The notes beneath the pieces were generated by a model, which was not told the DNA's origin, did no database searches, and was given only the letters and a program-made list of their open reading frames with translations. Positions 57,892 to 64,000 of a stretch of 64,000 nucleotides of DNA are shown piece by piece (the stretch's first letter is position 1; each line of letters begins with the position of its first letter). Both the position numbers and the translations under genes were made by a program. Source of the stretch: Deltaproteobacteria bacterium (GTDB lineage: Bacteria; Desulfobacterota; RBG-13-43-22); assembly GCA_016219225.1 (NCBI GenBank), contig JACRBX010000047.1, positions 3,846 to 67,845 on the forward strand, in the 5' to 3' direction.

Positions 57892-59475
57892 ATGACCAAA
57901 AGTAACTGGATGCCAATGGGAACGATACTCAAGATGAATGCCATCAACTTTCCGGACAAGCTGGGATGGCAGGATAAATCCAAGGAGTTTACCTTTAAAC
58001 AATGGAACGATCGCTCCTGCCGATTGGCCAACGGTCTTAGAAATCTGGGAGTGCAACCCAAAGACCGTTTCGGGGTCCTGGCTTATAACCGGGGGGAGTG
58101 GATGGATATCTATGCCGGGGCGGCCAAGGGCGGACAGATCGTCGTCCCCCTGATGTTCCGGTTGGCCGGACCGGACATAGAATTTATCGTCAATCATTCG
58201 GAATGTAAAGGGTTGATCGTCGAAGAGCCCTTTGTCGAACTGATCAACGGGATCAAAAACAAACTGGCCATTCCTGAAAATGCCTATGTTTTTTTGGGGG
58301 ATGGTCCTGTGCCGGGCGGGTATGTGGGCTATGAAGACTGGTTGTCCCAATCCTCCCCGGAAGAATCGGATTATCTGGTTGATGCCGCTGATCCCTGGAC
58401 CTTTATGTACACCTCCGGGACCACCGGCCGTCCCAAAGGGGTGGTCCGGTCCCACGAGAGCTATCTGGCCCAGTATTACCTGAACAATATCAACATGGGG
58501 ACCCGGACTACCGACAAGGTGATGCTGGTTATGCCCATGTGCCATGTCAATTCCATTTTCTATTCTTTCCCCTTTACCCTGTTAACGGCCCCGGTTTTTG
58601 TCTACAACATGGTTTCCTTCGACCCGGAGGATCTCCTGCGCACCATTGATCAATACAAGATCACCTTCACCTCTCTGGTGCCTACCCATTACATCATGAT
58701 CCTGTCCCTGCCCGAGGAGATTAAAAAAAGCCTTGATGTCTCATCTATCCGGCAGCTCCTGATTTCTTCGGCTCCGGCCCGGAAAGAACTCAAACTGGCT
58801 ATTATGGAATATTTTAAAAATGCCGAACTGTGGGAAGCCTACGGGTCCACCGAGGGCGGTCTGGTGACCCTGCTCCGACCGGAAGACCAATTCAAAAAAT
58901 TAGGTTCCATCGGCCGTGAAATTTTCGGAACCGACCGGATCCGGATTTTGGATGAAAATCGTCAGCCGGTGCCGGATGGCCAGGTGGGGGAGCTTTTTTA
59001 CCGGACCCCCATGCTTTTCACCGAATACTGGAAGGCACCGGAAAAGACCGAAGAAGCCTTTGACAACGGCTGGTCTTCTGCCGGGGACATGGTCCGTCGC
59101 GATGAAGACGGCTATTACGCCCTGGTGGATCGGAAGGCCAATATGATCATTACCGGAGGAGAGAATGTCTATCCTTCCGAAGTGGAAAATGTGGTGGGCA
59201 GCCACCCGGCGGTGAAGGATGTGGCCGTTATCGGCATACCGGACAAGAAATGGGGTGAGGCCATCAAGGCTATCGTGATCCTCCATGAAGGCTACAAGAG
59301 TTCACCGGATCTGGCCAAGGAGATCATGGATCACTGCAAAGGCAAGATCGCCGGTTTTAAAAAGCCCAAAACCCTGGATTTTATCAGTGATGCCGAAATG
59401 CCCCGCACCGGAACCGGCAAGATCCTGCACCGGATCTTGAGGGAAAAATACGGGAAATGGAGTGACCAGGGATAA
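57892..59475 (+). CDS. AMP-dependent acyl-CoA ligase
   Basis: MYTSGTTGRPKGV motif; C-terminal GKILHRILRE. Confidence 0.85.
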   Translation: MTKSNWMPMGTILKMNAINFPDKLGWQDKSKEFTFKQWNDRSCRLANGLRNLGVQPKDRFGVLAYNRGEWMDIYAGAAKGGQIVVPLMFRLAGPDIEFIVNHSECKGLIVEEPFVELINGIKNKLAIPENAYVFLGDGPVPGGYVGYEDWLSQSSPEESDYLVDAADPWTFMYTSGTTGRPKGVVRSHESYLAQYYLNNINMGTRTTDKVMLVMPMCHVNSIFYSFPFTLLTAPVFVYNMVSFDPEDLLRTIDQYKITFTSLVPTHYIMILSLPEEIKKSLDVSSIRQLLISSAPARKELKLAIMEYFKNAELWEAYGSTEGGLVTLLRPEDQFKKLGSIGREIFGTDRIRILDENRQPVPDGQVGELFYRTPMLFTEYWKAPEKTEEAFDNGWSSAGDMVRRDEDGYYALVDRKANMIITGGENVYPSEVENVVGSHPAVKDVAVIGIPDKKWGEAIKAIVILHEGYKSSPDLAKEIMDHCKGKIAGFKKPKTLDFISDAEMPRTGTGKILHRILREKYGKWSDQG

Positions 59476-59489
59476 GGCAAGCGGGCCGA

Positions 59490-59530
59490 GAGGAATAAGT
59501 AAGGGGAGGTTTGGATGCCCATTCAACCTC
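59490..59530 (+). terminator. Rho-independent terminator downstream of the acyl-CoA ligase
   Basis: ggggaggtt-(loop)-aacctcccc 9-bp GC-rich stem followed by cttgttttt. Confidence 0.7.
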
Positions 59531-59598
59531 CCCCTTGTTTTTAAGAATAAAATCATGGATAAGATTATTGGTAACCCTTTAGGTGAAGCAATAAAGTA

Positions 59599-60498
59599 AT
59601 GTTAAGCCCTGATCTTAAAGGCCTGGATGATCCGGAAGGAGAAACCGTTCCGGAGGGACTCCCAACGGTCATTGATGCCCATGTCCATGTCTTTCCCGAC
59701 AATATATTTTCGGCCATCTGGGCCTGGTTTGATCAAAATGCCTGGCCTATCCGCTACCGGTTGACCACCTCTGGGGTATTGGAAACCCTCCTGTCCCGCG
59801 GTGTGAGTCAGGTAATCGCCCTGCAATATGCCCACAAGCCCGGCATTTCCCTCATGTTGAATCGCTACCTGGTGAAAAAATGTCAGGAGTTCCCCGGCAG
59901 GGTTTCCGGCCTGGCCACGGTCTTTCCCGGGGAAAAGGATGCCGCCCAAATCCTCAAGGAAGCCTTCGATAACGGCTTAAAGGGGGTGAAGCTGCACGCC
60001 CATGTCCAGTGTTTTGACATGGACTCCGAAGCGATGGCGGTGATTTACGATCTATGTGCGTCAGAGGGGAAGCCCCTGGTCATGCATGTCGGCCGGGAGC
60101 CTAAAAGCACGGCCTACCGTTGCGATCCCCATCTAATATGCAGTGCCGAGAAGCTGGAGAGGGTCCTTAAGAATTTTTCCGGATTAAAAATCTGCGTGCC
60201 CCATTTGGGGTTTGATGAGTTCTCCGCTTATAAGAACCTGATTGAGAAATACGACCACCTCTGGCTGGACACGACCATGATCATGGCCGATTATTTCCCT
60301 TTAAAGGACCCGGTTGATCTGAGAGATTTCAGGGTGGATCGGATCATGTACGGATCCGATTTCCCCAACATCCCTTATGCCTGGGACCGGGAGCTCAAGC
60401 ATTTGAAGGCCTCGGGGCTGCCGCCGGATACTCTGGAATGGATCCTGAAAAAAAGCGCCGAAAATTTTTTCGGCTTTCTTCTTGACGATTCTTCTTAA
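59599..60498 (+). CDS. amidohydrolase-2 family metal-dependent hydrolase/decarboxylase (TIM barrel)
   Basis: VIDAHVHVFPD metal-binding motif at the N-terminus; ~300 aa. Confidence 0.7.
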   Translation: MLSPDLKGLDDPEGETVPEGLPTVIDAHVHVFPDNIFSAIWAWFDQNAWPIRYRLTTSGVLETLLSRGVSQVIALQYAHKPGISLMLNRYLVKKCQEFPGRVSGLATVFPGEKDAAQILKEAFDNGLKGVKLHAHVQCFDMDSEAMAVIYDLCASEGKPLVMHVGREPKSTAYRCDPHLICSAEKLERVLKNFSGLKICVPHLGFDEFSAYKNLIEKYDHLWLDTTMIMADYFPLKDPVDLRDFRVDRIMYGSDFPNIPYAWDRELKHLKASGLPPDTLEWILKKSAENFFGFLLDDSS

Positions 60499-60580
60499 TC
60501 CAACTTATATTACCTTATAAAAAACCTCTGCCTTGATCTTCAAGAGGAAAGGGTAATCAACTCTGACCAGAGGATGATTT

Positions 60581-60820
60581 ATGGGAAAGTATTCTTTTGA
60601 GATTTTTTCGGAAAGATGCACCGCCTGTCTTCGCTGCCGGTTGGCCTGTTCCGAGCTTTATACCAAGGCCTTTAATCCTTCCCGGTCCAGGATACGGGTT
60701 GACCTATCCGGAACGGGGTGCACCATTTCGTTCGCCGATGACTGTGAGGGATGCGGGGTTTGTGCGGATCACTGTTATTACGGAGCCATTGAAAAGATCC
60801 GGAAGGAGGTGGCCCCATGA
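60581..60820 (+). CDS. small 4Fe-4S ferredoxin-like protein
   Basis: CTACLRCRLAC and CEGCGVCADHC motifs; ATGA overlap with the downstream AOR. Confidence 0.65.
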   Translation: MGKYSFEIFSERCTACLRCRLACSELYTKAFNPSRSRIRVDLSGTGCTISFADDCEGCGVCADHCYYGAIEKIRKEVAP

Positions 60821-62706
60821 CCAGGGACCGAGGAGGCTTTGCCGGAAAGATCCTGCATGTAGACCTGACCCGGGAAATCATCCATCAGGAACCTTTGGAT
60901 TGGGGCCTGGCCGAGAAGTTCGTCGGCGGTCTGGGTTTAACCATCAAGCTGGCCTATGACAAAATCCAGCCTCGATCAGAGGCCCTTTCCCCCCAAAATC
61001 CCATCCTCCTGGGGGCCGGCCCCCTGGTGGGAACCAATCTTCCATCCGCCTCACGGGTCTACGGGGTCACAAAACTGCCGGCCAGCGGCACCATCGGCTG
61101 GTGTGGCGCGGGCGGGGTGACCTTCGGATACCAGCTCAAGAACGCCGGCTTTGACCACATCATCATAGAAGGCCGGGCGGATAGACCGGTATATCTGAGC
61201 ATCATCGATGAAAACATAGAAATCCGTGATGCCCGCCACCTTTGGGGAAAGGACGTGGAGGAGACCTGTGAAAGCCTCTGGAAAGAGATGCCCTGGCCCG
61301 CCGGGATCCTCAGCATCGGTCAGGCCGGGGAGGCCCTGATCCCCTTTTCCATGGCCTATGTCAACCGCCTGTCCACCTTGGGGCGGGGCGGTTTCGGCGC
61401 CGTCATGGGTTCCAAGAACCTTAAGGCCGTCGTGGTTCAAGGTACGGGCGAGGTAAGGGTGGCCCATAGGAAGGAGTACCAGGGACTTCTAAGGGATTTT
61501 TTAAAATCCATCCGTGAATATCCCTATCTTAAGGAATGGCAAGACCTGGGGTTGATCAAGGCCTTTCCCTTTATTCCCCCGGAAGTCTACCAGAAAATCA
61601 AAGAAAGACGGGTGGCCTGCGTATCCTGCCCAACCGGCTGTAAAGACATCATCAGGATCCAGGATGGGGAGCATCAGGGATTTCTGGCCCATTCCAGCTC
61701 GGCGATCAACCTTTTGACTCCCATGAATTATGGATTCAAGGATTACCGGGAGGCCATCAAGTGCACCGCCACACTGGATCGGTACGGCCTGGACATGTTC
61801 GAATTTTTCGGCCTTATGACCATGGCGCAGGCCCTTGGCGAACAAGGGGTCATCCCTCCTGAAAGCCTGCCGGTCCCGATCCGAACCGGCTCGTTGAATT
61901 CCATGGAAACCTGGGCCGCATTGATTGTTCGAAGGGAAGGCCTGGGTGAAATCCTGGCCGAAGGCTTCAAGGGCCTTCTAAATGCCTTTGGCCAGGATGC
62001 CAGGGCCTGTGCCCCGGCCCTGGTTAAGGGCATGCATCCCTACGCCGGACCGGGGGCTGCCTTGCCCTGGGACCTCTTCGGCACCATGGAGTTGGGTCAG
62101 GTATTGGACCCCCGGGGTCCTCACGTAGGGGCCGGCGGCTCACCGACCTATTTTGCCAAAAGACCCCTGGAGGTCTTTCCCAAGCACCTTACACGCATGG
62201 GGGTCCCTAAAGAAGCCATGGAAAGGATTCTCCCAAGCAAAGGATCGGGAGATTCGGTTAAGGAGATCAAGGTGGGACGGCTTCTTAAATATTCCCACGC
62301 CTGGTTCAGTATCCTGGGTGCCCTCGGCATCTGCGCCAGGGGCCAAATCAACCGTTTTTACAATGCCCCCTTGTGCGCCCGGTTTTATGAAGCGGTCACC
62401 GGCATCGAAACCGATCCGGAGGCCCTTCGGAGAAGAGTGGACCGTTCCTGGACCTTGCTTCGTATGGCCAATGTGCGGGAGGGATTTGGGAGAGATTATG
62501 ATGCCCTGCCCGAACAATGGTTCAAAACACCGGGCTTTAAGGATTATTGCTCCGAACAGCCCTTGACCATTGAAGAAGCAGGGGCCATGATCGAGGATTA
62601 CTATGATGAGCAGGGCTGGGATAGAACAACAGGGATTCCCACCCGGGCCAGGCTCGAAGAATTGGACATTAGGGAATGTTTCGCCTTAGCCCCCGCCGCT
62701 TCTTAG
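60817..62706 (+). CDS. aldehyde:ferredoxin oxidoreductase family protein (tungsten/molybdopterin AOR)
   Basis: N-terminal AOR_N pattern (GGFAGKILHVDLT...), ~630 aa, preceded by a ferredoxin gene. Confidence 0.75.
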   Translation: MTRDRGGFAGKILHVDLTREIIHQEPLDWGLAEKFVGGLGLTIKLAYDKIQPRSEALSPQNPILLGAGPLVGTNLPSASRVYGVTKLPASGTIGWCGAGGVTFGYQLKNAGFDHIIIEGRADRPVYLSIIDENIEIRDARHLWGKDVEETCESLWKEMPWPAGILSIGQAGEALIPFSMAYVNRLSTLGRGGFGAVMGSKNLKAVVVQGTGEVRVAHRKEYQGLLRDFLKSIREYPYLKEWQDLGLIKAFPFIPPEVYQKIKERRVACVSCPTGCKDIIRIQDGEHQGFLAHSSSAINLLTPMNYGFKDYREAIKCTATLDRYGLDMFEFFGLMTMAQALGEQGVIPPESLPVPIRTGSLNSMETWAALIVRREGLGEILAEGFKGLLNAFGQDARACAPALVKGMHPYAGPGAALPWDLFGTMELGQVLDPRGPHVGAGGSPTYFAKRPLEVFPKHLTRMGVPKEAMERILPSKGSGDSVKEIKVGRLLKYSHAWFSILGALGICARGQINRFYNAPLCARFYEAVTGIETDPEALRRRVDRSWTLLRMANVREGFGRDYDALPEQWFKTPGFKDYCSEQPLTIEEAGAMIEDYYDEQGWDRTTGIPTRARLEELDIRECFALAPAAS

Positions 62707-62816
62707 TCTTTTTTGTTGCCACTTGTCACAGACCTTATTGCGGTAAATAAACTGCAACTATCGCCTGCTCCCCAGTCAACCGGGTCCGAAAAACGGGGGA
62801 GGGGGCACTAAGCCCG

Positions 62817-64000
62817 TTACCGGTCGATCTCCAAATCCTGGGTGCGCACGTCGGGCCATTTCAATCTTCCCCCTTCGAAGAGCACCGTAAACACCTGACC
62901 CGGGTCGGCGCTTTCCTGAACGTTGGGAAGGTCCTGCCCGGCATAGCCGGGCGGAACGAAAAAGGTAAAATTCAGGGGAGCCATGTCTTTGTTTCGGACG
63001 GCCTCGACATATTTCTGGGCCGCTTCCGGATCCGGAACACCGCGAAGGGACCCGACGAACCTCCGGCCGTTCTGCCGAAAGTCGGCAAAGGCGCAGACGC
63101 TGCCATAAAGACTGGAAATCCCGATTTTGGCCGGGTACTTCCAGCCGTAGACGATTTGTTTGATATACCGGTCATAGGCCAGAGAATAACTCGGCCACTT
63201 TCCCTTCCCCCACAGTAGACCCGGGAAGAAAGGATCTTCCTGTTTTTTTGCGGACTGAGACATCATCTGGGCCACCACAGCCACCGAGCCGTATACCTGT
63301 TCCCTGGTAAAATGGTGACCCTCGGGATTCCAGCGGGGGTTGGAACATCTCAGGGAAGTGGCCATCAGGGCATAGAAGGCCCGGAAAGATTCCGATTCAT
63401 CGGCCCCCCCTTTGGTGCTCAAGGCCAGTCCCCCTAAAATCATGGTCGGTCCGTAGAGTCCCTTTTTCCCATATTCTTCGTAGGTCACGGTGCCGTCCCT
63501 GGTTTCGTCAAAGGCCTCGAGAAAACCGCTTTTTAAAGAAGACCCCTCTAATTGATCCACGGCCGTGAGGTAAGCGAAAAAAGTCTTCTGCAGGTCCCAG
63601 GGCATCTTATAGATGTCGGAGTAGAGGGCTTTGGTGAAAATCTCCTTAAAGGTATCCCCTTCCACCAATCCAATGCGTCCCCGAAAGGAGGCTAGGGGCA
63701 GACCGGATATCCCGTCCTGGCCGACCGCATAATAAGAACGCTTTCCGAGACCGCGCTTTTCGGCCCGGGCCAAACAGGCATCCCGGCTCAAAGGGGAATC
63801 GTATCCCCCCTGGGTGAGGATGGTCTTGCCGTCGAATACGGGCACCGGAACCGCCTGGGGAAAACGGCCGCCGGCCCCGTCTTCCAGCCCGGTCCCTTCG
63901 GCCTCTTTGAGTCCCACATTGCTGAACATATAGCGGGCGCAGCAAAGGTCCGTGGCTACCGGGTCCAGGCCGGCCATCACCAGGCCGTCCGGCACCTTGA
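62817..64000 (-). CDS. hypothetical protein, N-terminus beyond the window end (possibly DUF362-like: GLDPVATD motif)
   Basis: Long ORF running off the 3' window edge on the minus strand; no confident family assignment. Confidence 0.4.
   Translation of the reverse strand, partial: KVPDGLVMAGLDPVATDLCCARYMFSNVGLKEAEGTGLEDGAGGRFPQAVPVPVFDGKTILTQGGYDSPLSRDACLARAEKRGLGKRSYYAVGQDGISGLPLASFRGRIGLVEGDTFKEIFTKALYSDIYKMPWDLQKTFFAYLTAVDQLEGSSLKSGFLEAFDETRDGTVTYEEYGKKGLYGPTMILGGLALSTKGGADESESFRAFYALMATSLRCSNPRWNPEGHHFTREQVYGSVAVVAQMMSQSAKKQEDPFFPGLLWGKGKWPSYSLAYDRYIKQIVYGWKYPAKIGISSLYGSVCAFADFRQNGRRFVGSLRGVPDPEAAQKYVEAVRNKDMAPLNFTFFVPPGYAGQDLPNVQESADPGQVFTVLFEGGRLKWPDVRTQDLEIDR

Noticed and set aside
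60817-62706. AOR as BamB (class II benzoyl-CoA reductase catalytic subunit) working with the upstream Hdr-like proteins
   Set aside because: BamB normally sits directly with BamCDEFGHI. Here the Hdr-like genes are 8 kb away, are organised with metVF/hdrBC (the MetFV-Hdr type), and no NuoEFG-like BamGHI genes are present. Left as a generic AOR.
1-64000. tRNA, rRNA or other structured ncRNA genes
   Set aside because: I scanned for T-loop-like GTTCRANYC contexts and rRNA-like conserved stretches and found none. Intergenic space is mostly occupied by the repeat elements described above.

Overview
This 64-kb window looks like the chromosome of an anaerobic bacterium, with gene content consistent with a Desulfobacterota or syntroph-like lineage, though I cannot verify taxonomy from the sequence alone. 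Coding density is high.

- **1-15 kb, + strand.** An amino-sugar / lipid-carrier glycan-modification cluster in the style of Arn or Gtr systems. It holds three polytopic GT-C-like membrane transferases, two GT2 polyprenyl-phosphate glycosyltransferases, two DegT-type aminotransferases, a Gfo/Idh/MocA oxidoreductase, a hexapeptide acetyltransferase, an ArnE/F-like small flippase, a SAM methyltransferase, an epimerase/dehydratase and GDP-fucose synthase (fcl).
- **15-19 kb.** A TAXI-type TRAP transporter operon (binding protein, DUF1850, fused permease) lies between two inverted copies of a ~200-bp palindromic MITE-like element.
- **19-29 kb, - strand.** An acyl-CoA synthetase, a 5-oxoprolinase/lactamase-type module (pxpA, DUF1445, pxpC, pxpB) and a Liv-type ABC transporter.
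- **29-41 kb.** A GntR regulator, an MltD-like lytic transglycosylase with LysM domains, an alpha/beta hydrolase, etfAB, a TetR regulator and a second Liv-type ABC transporter.
- **41.5-52.8 kb.** A heterodisulfide-reductase / methylene-THF-reductase redox locus: a 1473-aa HdrL-type flavoprotein, mvhD, metV, metF, a short HdrA, an HdrA-like/ferredoxin/MvhD fusion, hdrC, hdrB and a GcvH-like lipoyl protein. The mvhD gene carries an in-frame UGA at the conserved cysteine position, so it most likely encodes a selenocysteine protein.
- **52.9-62.7 kb.** An FAD-oxidase/CCG fusion (D-lactate dehydrogenase-like), a 2-hydroxyacyl-CoA dehydratase family protein with its activase, an acyl-CoA ligase, an amidohydrolase-2 enzyme, a small ferredoxin and an aldehyde:ferredoxin oxidoreductase (AOR).

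A pervasive family of short tandem repeats with a 7-nt period runs through the window. The repeat sequences vary (AAGGTNN, GTTCGGA, ATCGAAT, CCGAACG, CCGCAAT, GCCCATA, CCAGCAT) and the arrays often occur as inverted pairs that could form long hairpins. They sit in many intergenic regions, and one array is inserted in frame inside an hdr gene. I found no rRNA, tRNA or CRISPR.
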